A stretch of DNA of 64,000 bases, from contig CAZVEX010000002.1 of NCBI GenBank assembly GCA_964625535.1, forward strand, positions 21,559-85,558, read 5' to 3'. Both the position numbers and the translations under genes were made by a program. This DNA comes from an uncultured Gammaproteobacteria bacterium. GTDB taxonomy: Bacteria > Patescibacteriota > Microgenomatia > Daviesbacterales > UBA10151. Of this stretch, positions 27,655 through 37,302 are shown piece by piece. The notes below the pieces were generated by a model. That model searched no databases. It saw nothing but the letters and a program-made list of their open reading frames with translations, and was not told where the DNA came from. The number at the start of each line of letters is the position of its first letter. Positions within the stretch are counted from its first letter, which is position 1.

Positions 27655-28445
27655 CTGGAAGCGGAGGAGTACTGTCTTAAACTTAAGTTCCACACCCTTA
27701 AAGATAAATAAAGTAGAACGAGAGCAAAAATTACGGAATAAGCGATTAGCGCAGGAGACAACAAACCCAATAAAGATTTGGCCGGAAAACTCATCATGAT
27801 TCCTACTGGTATGATAAATGTCAGAAAACCTCTTAAGGGTTCACTGTAAATATCAATGGGGAAGCGCCCCATCCCCACAATATCGCGATACATCATAATG
27901 GCATGATCTATCTCTGTGGTGACAACGGCCAAGCTTAAAACTAAAATATGAAAAGAAAGAGCAATCAGAAGTGAAGCGCCAATAAGCAGGATGTACAATA
28001 AAACGCTGGAAACGGTACCAATATTTAATCTGATCATTAAAAATATAATGGCTCCCAGAAGGGGCAGTAAAGTTAAAAAATCAATCAGGTCCGGACCACC
28101 AAAAAGAGCTCTAAACAAAGCATTAATTGGCTTGACCAGATAGAAGTCAAAAGTCCCCATCACTACTGTCTGTCTAAAGCGATAAACCTCTCTAAAGGTC
28201 AGTTGGGATAAAATATCCACCAGGTTAAAACTTAAAAAAAAGAAGATTGTTTGATCTAAATTATATCCTGCTAAAATTTTTGTTTGTTTTACCAAAATAA
28301 CCATAAAAGCGCCGAAGACAAAAAATCTAAGCAGTTTCCCGATCAGAAAAATGGCCATGGCAAAGCGGGCCTGGGTTTGAGTTTGAAAACCGTTAATGGC
28401 AAATCTAAGCCATACATAAAAATATTTTTTTATATTAATAACCAT
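27651..28445 (-). CDS. ABC-2 family permease
   Basis: 6 TM helices, GTFDFYLVKP. Confidence 0.85.
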   Translation of the reverse strand: MVINIKKYFYVWLRFAINGFQTQTQARFAMAIFLIGKLLRFFVFGAFMVILVKQTKILAGYNLDQTIFFFLSFNLVDILSQLTFREVYRFRQTVVMGTFDFYLVKPINALFRALFGGPDLIDFLTLLPLLGAIIFLMIRLNIGTVSSVLLYILLIGASLLIALSFHILVLSLAVVTTEIDHAIMMYRDIVGMGRFPIDIYSEPLRGFLTFIIPVGIMMSFPAKSLLGLLSPALIAYSVIFALVLLYLSLRVWNLSLRQYSSASS

Positions 28446-29232
28446 AAGCGCTGTATCTTCTTAAACCTGATTTTAAAACTGCCAACATCAGAAGCCAAGA
28501 CGCCACTACCCAAAAAGATAAAACAGTAAATCCTGCAACTATACTATTCAGCGGTAGAGTACCAAGATAGATTTTGGCGGGAAAATAAATAAAGTAGGGA
28601 AAAGGTGTCAGCATTAAAATATTACTGACTGTTTTGGGCAGTATATCGATGGGAAAAAGTCCCCCTCCAAATCCTTCCAAAAGTATCATCACTAAAAAAA
28701 GCGGTCCCCAGGCATTTTCCACCCAAAAGGCCAACATGCCTATGATAAAAGCAAAAGCAAAATAGAGTATTAACCCTAAGACCGTGGCGAGAAAAAACAA
28801 AGTTAAAATTCCAGGATCCTGTTGAAATTGGAGAGGCGGTTGCAAAAGTACCAAAAGCAGGGTTATTTCAAAAATAACAAAGGCAATATTGAGGAGTTTA
28901 TCGGCCAAGTCCCGGGCAAAATAATATTTAATAAAGCCCAAGGGTTTGACCAAGAAATTAACTATGCTGCCTTCATTAATCTGCCCTGCCACATCAATGA
29001 CTCTGGAGGATAAAATGATGGCCCTGATAAGAGCGGACACTATGATATAAGTTAAAATTTGGGCTTGACTGTAATTAAACACGCTAATGTTGGATTGAAA
29101 AACCGTCCACCAGATAAAGTAAACCAGCAGGAGCTGCAAAGCTGATCTCACTCTCCAAAGAAGAAAATTTAATCTATAAACCAAGCCTTGTTCCCAAGAA
29201 ATTTTAAAAACTGCCAGGTATTTGTTGATCAT
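28435..29232 (-). CDS. ABC-2 family permease
   Basis: 6 TM helices, GSIVNFLVKP, GGLFP. Confidence 0.85.
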   Translation of the reverse strand: MINKYLAVFKISWEQGLVYRLNFLLWRVRSALQLLLVYFIWWTVFQSNISVFNYSQAQILTYIIVSALIRAIILSSRVIDVAGQINEGSIVNFLVKPLGFIKYYFARDLADKLLNIAFVIFEITLLLVLLQPPLQFQQDPGILTLFFLATVLGLILYFAFAFIIGMLAFWVENAWGPLFLVMILLEGFGGGLFPIDILPKTVSNILMLTPFPYFIYFPAKIYLGTLPLNSIVAGFTVLSFWVVASWLLMLAVLKSGLRRYSAYGY

Positions 29233-29492
29233 GTAGCTTTACCAAAAATCCAGGGAGTCTGGGTCCTGATAACTTTTTTAGGAGGACGCTGCTCCATCAT
29301 TTTGGCAACACGAATCACCGTATCCGTACCTACATTAACTTTTTCCGCCACTTTTCTGACTGTCAACCCTTCCTGTAAAAGATTCCTGATCCGATATCGA
29401 TTTTTCAACATTCTCATCTCCGAAGATGTGAGCAACGATCTTAAAATATCATCCGGTATATTAATATTGGTATTTATTTTAGGTTTGCTCAT
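29229..29492 (-). CDS. TrpR-like (YerC/YecD) HTH protein
   Basis: LLTSSEMRMLKNRY..L.EG.TVRKVA..VGTDTVIRV. Confidence 0.75.
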   Translation of the reverse strand: MSKPKINTNINIPDDILRSLLTSSEMRMLKNRYRIRNLLQEGLTVRKVAEKVNVGTDTVIRVAKMMEQRPPKKVIRTQTPWIFGKAT

Positions 29493-29508
29493 ATGTATCC
29501 ATACATAA

Positions 29509-30435
29509 TCATACACCCTTTTGAAAAATCTGTCGAATAATATCTTCAATTGGCGGATCTTCTATGGTCAAATCCGCTACTTTAAACTTTGACAGAAGTT
29601 CCCTGGTTTTCTCTGCCACCTCATTTTTACCGACCTGAATTTCCATGTAATTTCCCGAATATTCTTTTACCTTAATCACTTTGAAGGGGGCAAATTTATT
29701 AACTATTTCTTCCAAAAGACCATCATATAAAATCTTCCCCTGATCAATAACAATCACTCTTTTGCAAAGTTCTTTTACATCAGCCATGTAATGAGAAGTC
29801 AAAATTATCGTGGCTTTACCCTGTTCATTATATTCTTTGATAAAATCCCGCATGGTTTTTTGAGCCACAATGTCCAAACCGATGGTCGGCTCATCCAAAA
29901 ATAACACTTTGGGGCTGTGTAGTAAGGAAGCTACCAACTCGCATTTCATCCGCTGACCCAAAGACAACTTCCGGACTTGAACTTTTAAGAGATCTTCAAT
30001 TTCCAGCATTTTGGTTAGTTTAGCCACGCTTTCCTCAAATTGTTTTTGAGGGATTTCATAAATTTCTTTATTGAGAATAAAACTTTCCCAGGCAGGCAAA
30101 TCCCACCACAGTTGGTTTTTTTGCCCCATCACTAAACTAAACTTTTTTTGAAACTCACTTTGTCTTTTAAACGGCTCAAATCCTAACACCTGTACTTGCC
30201 CTGATGTGGGGAATAACAGTCCTGATAAAACCTTGAGGGTGGTAGTTTTACCGGCTCCATTTGGGCCGATAAAACCCACTAATTCACCTTCTTGAATTCC
30301 AAAAGAAACCCCATTAACCGCCTTAACGTCATAGTGCTGGCGGACAAAAAGAGATTTGATAGATCCCCAAAGTCCGGGTTCTTTCTGATAAACACGGTAA
30401 TATTTTTTTAAATTTTTAACAGAAATAATATTCAC
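29509..30435 (-). CDS. ABC transporter ATP-binding protein
   Basis: GPNGAGKTT, LSLGQ, FLDEPT. Confidence 0.93.
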   Translation of the reverse strand: MNIISVKNLKKYYRVYQKEPGLWGSIKSLFVRQHYDVKAVNGVSFGIQEGELVGFIGPNGAGKTTTLKVLSGLLFPTSGQVQVLGFEPFKRQSEFQKKFSLVMGQKNQLWWDLPAWESFILNKEIYEIPQKQFEESVAKLTKMLEIEDLLKVQVRKLSLGQRMKCELVASLLHSPKVLFLDEPTIGLDIVAQKTMRDFIKEYNEQGKATIILTSHYMADVKELCKRVIVIDQGKILYDGLLEEIVNKFAPFKVIKVKEYSGNYMEIQVGKNEVAEKTRELLSKFKVADLTIEDPPIEDIIRQIFQKGV

Positions 30436-30459
30436 TAAGGAGATAGTACGTTTTGCGCG

Positions 30460-30738
30460 TTATTTAATCAACCTCTTAATGGTTTTTCCGGCTGTAAAAC
30501 CGGGCAGTTTTTTGCCCGGGATTTGGATAGTTTCTCCTGTTTGGGGATTTCTGCCGCGTCTCGCTGTCCGGGATCTGATTAAAAATGTGCCAAAGCCAGT
30601 AATGACTGCTTTTTCACCCCGAACTAAAGAATCCCTGATTAAATTAAAAACGCTATTGACTGCATCACGGGAAGCTCTTTTGGTCAAACTGGCCTTTTTG
30701 GCCACTTTCTCTATCAGTTCGTTCTTAGTCATAACCAA
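30460..30738 (-). CDS. hup: DNA-binding protein HU
   Basis: GFGTF, GRNPQTG. Confidence 0.93.
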   Translation of the reverse strand: MVMTKNELIEKVAKKASLTKRASRDAVNSVFNLIRDSLVRGEKAVITGFGTFLIRSRTARRGRNPQTGETIQIPGKKLPGFTAGKTIKRLIK

Positions 30739-30782
30739 TTTATATCAAATGTTTAGAGCTTTGTAAAGAGCTAATTTAGGCC

Positions 30783-32111
30783 TTACTGTGGAGTAGTCAT
30801 GGTTGATTCGGAGTAGCGTGTTTCTCTGATGGCAGTTATCTTGACCGCTCCCGGCACCATTACCTCTTTGGAGATCCTCTCGGCAATATCATGAACCAGT
30901 TTAGGCAAAGCATCATCTGACACTCTCTCTGGCATAACAATAACTCTTACTTCCCTTCCCGCCTGTAGGGCATATGCTTTCTCCACCCCTTCAAAAGAAA
31001 CCGCGATATTTTCGATATCATCCAGTCTTTTAATATAATCTTCCACATTTTCATGTCTTGCGCCGGGTCTTGCACCCGAAATGGCATCCGCTATATAAAC
31101 TAAAATTGATTCGACAGCAGAAAAAGGTTTATCTTCGTGATGTTCGGCTATGCAGTTGACCACTTTTTCCGGCATGTTAAATTTACGGGCCAACTGAACT
31201 CCTTTTTCCACATGCGTTCCTTCATCTCCTTCTGTAATGATTTTTCCCACATCATGGAGGAGACAACCCAAACGCACCACATTCATGTCCGCACCGATCA
31301 TTTTTGCTAAAGCCACCCCGATTTGAGTTTCTTCCAGGGTATGTTGAATTAAATTCTGTCCAAAAGAATAACGGTATTTAAATCTTCCTAAAAGACAAAC
31401 CAGATCTTTTGGCAAATTATAAACCCCCGCATCGTGACAAAGCTTCTCCCCCGCCTGACACATTATTTTTTCTAACTCTTGCCTGGTTTTGGCCACAATC
31501 TCCTCGATTCGCTGCGGTTGAATCCTGCCGTCGGCAATGAGTCGCTCCAGCGCCACTTTGGCAATTTCCCGGCGGATGGGGTCAAAAGAGGATAAAATCA
31601 AACTGTCGGGGATTTCATCATCCATGACCAGATCTACCCCTGTAGCCTGCTCAAAAGTCCTCACATTCCTTCCTTCTTTACCAATAATCCTACCTTTCAT
31701 CTCATCATCGGCAAGTTTAACCCGTGAGGTGGTAAATTCGGAAATATAATCCGTCACTCCATGAAGCATGGCATCTGCCAGAATCTCTTTGGCTTTTTCC
31801 TCCGATGTCAGTTTTATTTCTTCTTCCGCCTCTTTGATCTTTTTGGAAATTTCGCCGGCCAGATCTTTTTCCACCTGAACCAGGAAAATTTTCTTTGCTT
31901 CATCAACCGAAATTTTGGCAGATTTTTCCAATTTTTCCACCAAGTCTTTGCGCAATTCCTCTAGCTGCTCCAATTTTTGATCAATTAGTTTTTGTTTTTC
32001 GGCAATCTGCCTTTCACGCTCTTCCAGGATCCCCTCGCGTTTGGCAAATTCTGTTTCATTTATATTTGCTTGCCCCGAGCTTTGTCGAGGGGGGCCGAAT
32101 GTTCTTTGCAT
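30783..32111 (-). CDS. rny: Ribonuclease Y (no N-terminal TM seen)
   Basis: KGRIIGKEGRN KH domain, LLHDVGK, ADAISGARPGAR. Confidence 0.94.
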   Translation of the reverse strand: MQRTFGPPRQSSGQANINETEFAKREGILEERERQIAEKQKLIDQKLEQLEELRKDLVEKLEKSAKISVDEAKKIFLVQVEKDLAGEISKKIKEAEEEIKLTSEEKAKEILADAMLHGVTDYISEFTTSRVKLADDEMKGRIIGKEGRNVRTFEQATGVDLVMDDEIPDSLILSSFDPIRREIAKVALERLIADGRIQPQRIEEIVAKTRQELEKIMCQAGEKLCHDAGVYNLPKDLVCLLGRFKYRYSFGQNLIQHTLEETQIGVALAKMIGADMNVVRLGCLLHDVGKIITEGDEGTHVEKGVQLARKFNMPEKVVNCIAEHHEDKPFSAVESILVYIADAISGARPGARHENVEDYIKRLDDIENIAVSFEGVEKAYALQAGREVRVIVMPERVSDDALPKLVHDIAERISKEVMVPGAVKITAIRETRYSESTMTTPQ

Positions 32112-32222
32112 GATTTTTGAAGACTATAAAATGCCGCAGCTTAAATACGGTTGGCGAGGATATTCGCTTTGAGAAAACTTTTTTTCATAAATATCCTTAT
32201 TCCCCAGTCTTCTTGAAATATT

Positions 32223-32681
32223 TTACCTGTTTTTTAAAAAATTATCAACTACTACTTTTGCCACTTCATACTCAAACCCTTTTCTCATTAAAAAATCCGT
32301 AGCTTTTTTCCTAAACTCCAAGGCTTCTAAATTTTTCCATACTTTTTCTTTTTTCTCCAGTGCTTTTTCCGCAATTTGCGTTTCACTAACAGCTAATAGC
32401 TGATAGCTGACGACTTGCTCTATTATTTCTTTATTGATGCCTTTCTGCCAAAGCTCCAACCTTAGCGCCTTGACTCCCTTTTGTTTTGACCTTCTTCGCG
32501 ACTCAACCCATTCTTTGGCAAACTTTTCGTCATTCATCAAGCCTTGCTCTTTTAACTTTTCTATGATTTCACCACTATTTTCACTTTTCCCTTTTAAATA
32601 ATCCCTGATTTCTTTTTCCGAACGGTCGCGAAAAGATAACAATCTATAAACTTTCTGCAACAGTTTTTCAGTAGGGGACAT
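32223..32681 (-). CDS. recX: Regulatory protein RecX
   Basis: RSEKEI, D.KFA, ELWQKGI, RKGF; follows recA. Confidence 0.88.
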   Translation of the reverse strand: MSPTEKLLQKVYRLLSFRDRSEKEIRDYLKGKSENSGEIIEKLKEQGLMNDEKFAKEWVESRRRSKQKGVKALRLELWQKGINKEIIEQVVSYQLLAVSETQIAEKALEKKEKVWKNLEALEFRKKATDFLMRKGFEYEVAKVVVDNFLKNR

Positions 32682-33743
32682 TTAAGTCACTTCTTCAACT
32701 TGAGATTCTTCTTCTCCCACCACCATGTGTTCCTTGCCTTCTTTTTCTTTTCCCCAAGCATCTCTTACTTCTTTTTCCAAATTTTGCGCTTCTTTGGGAT
32801 TTTCCTTTAAATATAAAATAGCTGCCTGCCTGCCCTGGCCTAAAATTACCTCTTCTTTTTTGATAAAAGCTCCGCTCTTTTGCAAAATCCCCAATTCTAT
32901 CCCTACATCCAGCAGCTCTCCTGCTTTGGAAATGCCCCGATCATCCATATCAAATTCGGCAATGCGGAATGGGGGAGCCACTTTATTTTTCACCACCTTC
33001 ACCCGATGCCTTGAACCCACTACCAAATCTCCTTCTTTGAGATTTTCAATTTTGCGGATATCCAGACGGATGGAGGCATAAAATTTTAAAGCCATACCCC
33101 CAGTAGTAGTTTCGGGATTACCAAACATCACTCCGATTTTTTGGCGCAGCTGATTGGTAAAAATCACCACGGTTTTGGTATTGGCAATGGCAGCTGTTAG
33201 CTTTCTAAGCGCTTGCGACATGAGCCGGGCCTGCATACCCATGACAGAATCTCCCATCTCTCCTTCAATTTCTGCCCGGGGAACTAAAGCTGCCACCGAA
33301 TCTATCACCACCACGTCAATGCCACCGGAGCGGATTAAAGCTTCGGCAATTTCCAGGGCTTGTTCCCCTGTATCCGGCTGGGAAATTAACAGATCATCCA
33401 GATTAACCCCGATTTTTTGGGCTCTTTGAGGGTCCAGAGCATGCTCGGCATCAATAAAAGCTGCTACCCCACCTCTTTTTTGGGCCTCGGCAATAACATG
33501 CAGTGTCACAGTAGTTTTACCAGAAGCTTCCGGACCATAAATTTCTATCACCCGTCCCTTTGGCAAACCGCCAATCCCCAGAGCTAAATCCAAAGCAATG
33601 GAGCCGGTAGGAATAACATCTGCTGTTAGCTTTTCCACCCTCTCACCTAAACGCATGATGGAACCTGTGCCGTATTGTTTTTGAATGCCCGCAATAGCGG
33701 CCGCAATAGCAGCTTTCTTAGCTTCGTCATTATTGGTGGCCAT
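32682..33743 (-). CDS. recA: Recombinase RecA
   Basis: [22 protein letters not shown]. Confidence 0.98.
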   Translation of the reverse strand: MATNNDEAKKAAIAAAIAGIQKQYGTGSIMRLGERVEKLTADVIPTGSIALDLALGIGGLPKGRVIEIYGPEASGKTTVTLHVIAEAQKRGGVAAFIDAEHALDPQRAQKIGVNLDDLLISQPDTGEQALEIAEALIRSGGIDVVVIDSVAALVPRAEIEGEMGDSVMGMQARLMSQALRKLTAAIANTKTVVIFTNQLRQKIGVMFGNPETTTGGMALKFYASIRLDIRKIENLKEGDLVVGSRHRVKVVKNKVAPPFRIAEFDMDDRGISKAGELLDVGIELGILQKSGAFIKKEEVILGQGRQAAILYLKENPKEAQNLEKEVRDAWGKEKEGKEHMVVGEEESQVEEVT

Positions 33744-33833
33744 ATTTTGATTAAACCAGACTTGTTTTTATTTTGCAATACTCCAAATTACTCTCATGTA
33801 TTGATGTATGGATACATAAATACGTAGGTTCGG

Positions 33834-33905
33834 TCGGGGATGAGAGAATTGAACTCTCTGCTTCTCGGACCCCATCCGAGCGGTCTACCGATGACCTAAT
33901 CCCCG
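33834..33905 (-). tRNA. tRNA-Pro(GGG)
   Basis: CGGGGAT/ATCCCCG acceptor stem, CTCGG-ATGGGGT-CCGAG anticodon arm, TTCAATT T-loop. Confidence 0.9.
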
Positions 33906-33939
33906 TAGTGTGTTATATTTTACCATTAGAATACCTAGC

Positions 33940-34251
33940 ATGAAACATCTAAACATTAAGGTTTATGGTAAAGTTCAGGGGATATTTTTTAGGGCCAGTG
34001 CCAAGATAGAGGCTGATAAACTGCAAATTTCAGGGTTTGTCAGAAATGAACCAGATGGATCTTTGTACATTGAAGCAGAAGGAGAAAAAGAAAAATTAGA
34101 TGAATTTGTTAAATGGTGTCACCAGGGCCCATCTTTAGCTCAAGTAGAAAAAGTAACAGTAACTGAAAGTCAAGTGAAAAACTTTTCGCAATTTGAAATC
34201 TATCAAACCACTTTTTCCCAGGGGAATTCTTCCCGTCCAAAATGGCCATAA
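33940..34251 (+). CDS. acyP: Acylphosphatase
   Basis: GKVQGIFFR, GFVRN. Confidence 0.9.
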   Translation: MKHLNIKVYGKVQGIFFRASAKIEADKLQISGFVRNEPDGSLYIEAEGEKEKLDEFVKWCHQGPSLAQVEKVTVTESQVKNFSQFEIYQTTFSQGNSSRPKWP

Positions 34252-35306
34252 GCGGCTGTAGGAAGATAAATTGGCCGCTGCAGGTCCAATCCTTGCAAAA
34301 TTCCCTCCACCGATGTATCCAAAATCTCCTTCATAAAATCTTTAATGACTTTCGCGCTTTTTCTTCCGGTGCCAAACGTTTCCACCTCCTGCATAGTGGG
34401 CTTTTTTGCTCCTATACAATAAGCCAGTCTGACCTCTACTTTATCCGCCAGTCTTTGCGCCACAATATTTTTGGCCAAAAATCGGGCTGCATATGCCCCG
34501 CCCCGATCCACTTTTGACGGCTCCTTGCCGGAAAAACACCCCCCGCCGACCCGGGCATATCCGCCGTAAGTATCAACCACAATTTTTCGACCTGTTAAAC
34601 CGCAGTCGGATGCCGGACCGCCGTTGTGCCAGACGCCTGTGCCGTTGACGATCAAATTGCGGCTTTTGATTTTAAAACCGAAGCTTTCCAAAACCGGCCT
34701 TACCACCTCCTTAAAAATATCTCTTTTAACTTGAGGAAGAGGAACCGATTCCTGATGGGGCGCGGCAATCACCACTTGTCTAACACCAATAGGTTTACCA
34801 TGGTGATACTCCACTGTCACTTGAGATTTTCCGTCCGGGCGAAGATAAGGTAAGATTCCCTGTTCCCGAACAAAATCAATTCTTCTCACCAAAGAGTGAG
34901 CGATCATGATGGGAAGAGGCATCAGCTCCGGGGTTTCCCTGCAGGCAAAACCAAACATCATCCCCTGATCACCCGCCCCTTTTTTTTTGACTCCGATGGC
35001 GATTTCCGGCGATTGCTGATGAACAAAAACTTCAATGGGTGATTGATAACTAAACCTAAACCGCGAGTCGGTGTACCCTAATCTTTTGATTTGCTGCCTG
35101 GCCACTTTTTCAAAGTTCACTTTGGCTTTGCTGCCAATTTCTCCGGCAATAATCAGCCGCTGCTCCCCTGCCAGACATTCAATGGCTGTCCGACCCTTGG
35201 GATCTTGAGCTAATACCTCATCCAAAATGGCATCGGAAATCTGATCGCAAATTTTATCAGGGTGTCCGCTACAAACAGATTCAGAAGTAAAAGTTGTTTT
35301 TGTCAT
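34203..35306 (-). CDS. metK: S-adenosylmethionine synthetase
   Basis: GHPDK, GAGDQG, GGGCFSGK. Confidence 0.96.
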   Translation of the reverse strand: MTKTTFTSESVCSGHPDKICDQISDAILDEVLAQDPKGRTAIECLAGEQRLIIAGEIGSKAKVNFEKVARQQIKRLGYTDSRFRFSYQSPIEVFVHQQSPEIAIGVKKKGAGDQGMMFGFACRETPELMPLPIMIAHSLVRRIDFVREQGILPYLRPDGKSQVTVEYHHGKPIGVRQVVIAAPHQESVPLPQVKRDIFKEVVRPVLESFGFKIKSRNLIVNGTGVWHNGGPASDCGLTGRKIVVDTYGGYARVGGGCFSGKEPSKVDRGGAYAARFLAKNIVAQRLADKVEVRLAYCIGAKKPTMQEVETFGTGRKSAKVIKDFMKEILDTSVEGILQGLDLQRPIYLPTAAYGHFGREEFPWEKVV

Positions 35307-35310
35307 AATG

Positions 35311-35401
35311 ACCGCATCTCACAACTACGAAAATTGTGGTTGGCACCGTCAAACTTTAACGGTTGTCGGTCCGACAGTACGTCGGACTCTCTTGATGCAA
35401 T
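35311..35401 (-). ncRNA. Minimal SAM-I-like riboswitch
   Basis: GCATCAAGAG...CAACC...GGTGCCAA...AGATGC directly upstream of metK. Confidence 0.8.
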
Positions 35402-35424
35402 CTTATTAAATCACAAATTATTTG

Positions 35425-36846
35425 CTATTGCAAGGCATCTGTATTAACGCCGTCTTTAAAATCAATTTCCGGATATTTGTGCAAAATATCTGCTAATACT
35501 TTTTTTAACTTGACATATTCCTCCGCATCCTTCGCTTCGTATTTGATGGTAATATAGGGACCGTTTTGAGAAGCGCGAATGACTCCCATCTCATGATCGG
35601 TATCAAAGCGCACTCCGTCAATTTCCACATAAGAAGCAGTTGGATAGATAGCTTTGATATCTTTGGTAATCCCGCCGGAAACAAGTTTAAACTTAATATT
35701 ATCAGGACATCCGACTTTCACTTCCGGACTGCTGTGATATTTAGGCAGTTCATCCACCACTTGATCCAGCGATTTACCAACTCTGGTTAAATAAGCTAAC
35801 AGTCTCAAAGTGGCATACGCCTCATCGTCATGTCCGTAAAAATTATCCGAAAAAAACATGTGGCCGGATAGCTCCCCTGCAAAAGGAGCTCTCTCTTCTC
35901 TAAGCTTTGCTTTAATAAAGGAATGGCCGGCCATCCAAATTATGGGTTCACCTCCATGTGCCTCGATTACATCTCTTGTCTGCTTAGAACATAGGACATT
36001 AAATATTATTTTTGCTCCTGGCATAAAATCCAAAACATCCATGGCAAAGATAGAAACCAGTGTATCATTCCAGATTAATCTGCCGGCGGAATCAACTATC
36101 CCCATTCTGTCTCCGTCGGTATCATAGGAAAATCCCATATCTGCCTTTTCTTTTTTAACTCTCTCTGCCAATCTTTCCTGTACTTCCCGCTCTGTTGGGT
36201 CGGCAGTTCCCAAAGGAAAAGTGCCGTCAAGCTCGGTATGTTGCTCTACGACTTCACATCCTGCTTCCCGCAAAATCTTGGGTAAAAAAAGACCGGCAGT
36301 CCCATATATTGTATCTACTACTACTTTAAATTTCTTTATCTTTCCTACCCTTCTTAAAATATCTACCTTATATTCAGGAAAAATATCCTTTTTCGTATAT
36401 TTTGCTTTGCGGTTAAATTTTTTAAACTGTCCGTCCTTGGCAATTTCTTTTAACTCCTGAATCTCTTGGGTAGTCATGGTGTCGGAAAATCCCACAGCCA
36501 TTTTTATACCGTTGTACTGGGCAGGATTATGAGAGGCTGTAATCATGGCTGCTCCTTTAAAACGCAAGGGGTATTGGGCAAAATAAACAATTTGGGCAAG
36601 AGATAAACCTATATCCACCACGTCAACACCACTATCCAGCAAACCTTTAACAAATGCTTTAGTGTAAGATTCAGATGTGGTTCTGTTATCCCTTCCAACA
36701 ATAACCTCCCAAATTCTTCTTTGATACAAAAATGTGGCATAAGCTCTGCCCAAAAACTCCATTACCTCTTCAGATAAATCTACTTCCGAAACTCCCCTTA
36801 GATCATAGCCCCGGAATATATGGTCATTAATAGTAACTTTTGCCAT
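35425..36846 (-). CDS. Phosphomannomutase/phosphoglucomutase
   Basis: TASHNP, DTDGDR, GELSGH. Confidence 0.92.
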   Translation of the reverse strand: MAKVTINDHIFRGYDLRGVSEVDLSEEVMEFLGRAYATFLYQRRIWEVIVGRDNRTTSESYTKAFVKGLLDSGVDVVDIGLSLAQIVYFAQYPLRFKGAAMITASHNPAQYNGIKMAVGFSDTMTTQEIQELKEIAKDGQFKKFNRKAKYTKKDIFPEYKVDILRRVGKIKKFKVVVDTIYGTAGLFLPKILREAGCEVVEQHTELDGTFPLGTADPTEREVQERLAERVKKEKADMGFSYDTDGDRMGIVDSAGRLIWNDTLVSIFAMDVLDFMPGAKIIFNVLCSKQTRDVIEAHGGEPIIWMAGHSFIKAKLREERAPFAGELSGHMFFSDNFYGHDDEAYATLRLLAYLTRVGKSLDQVVDELPKYHSSPEVKVGCPDNIKFKLVSGGITKDIKAIYPTASYVEIDGVRFDTDHEMGVIRASQNGPYITIKYEAKDAEEYVKLKKVLADILHKYPEIDFKDGVNTDALQ

Positions 36847-36888
36847 GTGATCTACTATATCATGGCTAGGCAATTACTGCCAATAGGA

Positions 36889-37302
36889 TTACCTTTTTGG
36901 AGATTGTTTTTTGGCCCTGGCTTTTTGGGCATGGCCGTATTTGCGTCTTTCCTTAACACGAGCATCACGCATCAATAGACCGGCTTTTTTTAAAAGGGGC
37001 CTAAATTTTTTATCCTCCAGCTTTGCCAAAGCTCTGGATATCCCATGGATTATAGCCCCCAACTGGGCCGCTTTACCCCCACCTTCCACTTTGATAGAGA
37101 TATTAAATTTTCCGGAAGTTTGGGTAATCTCAAATGGACGATTGTACTGCTTTTGCAAGATAGTCCCCGGAAAATACTCTGCAACACTCTTGCCATTAAC
37201 AGTCACTTGACCCTGGCCCGGCATCAACCTAACTTTGGCCAAGGCTTCTTTTCTTCTGCCTACAGTATAAATGGCTGATGGTATCTTTGGTTTTTCCTCC
37301 AT
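36889..37302 (-). CDS. rpsI: 30S ribosomal protein S9
   Basis: GRRKEA, KERRKYG, C-terminal KR. Confidence 0.96.
   Translation of the reverse strand: MEEKPKIPSAIYTVGRRKEALAKVRLMPGQGQVTVNGKSVAEYFPGTILQKQYNRPFEITQTSGKFNISIKVEGGGKAAQLGAIIHGISRALAKLEDKKFRPLLKKAGLLMRDARVKERRKYGHAQKARAKKQSPKR

Noticed and set aside
32141-32188. 15-aa uORF MKKSFLKANILANRI between recX and rny
   Set aside because: No biased codons or terminator; insufficient support
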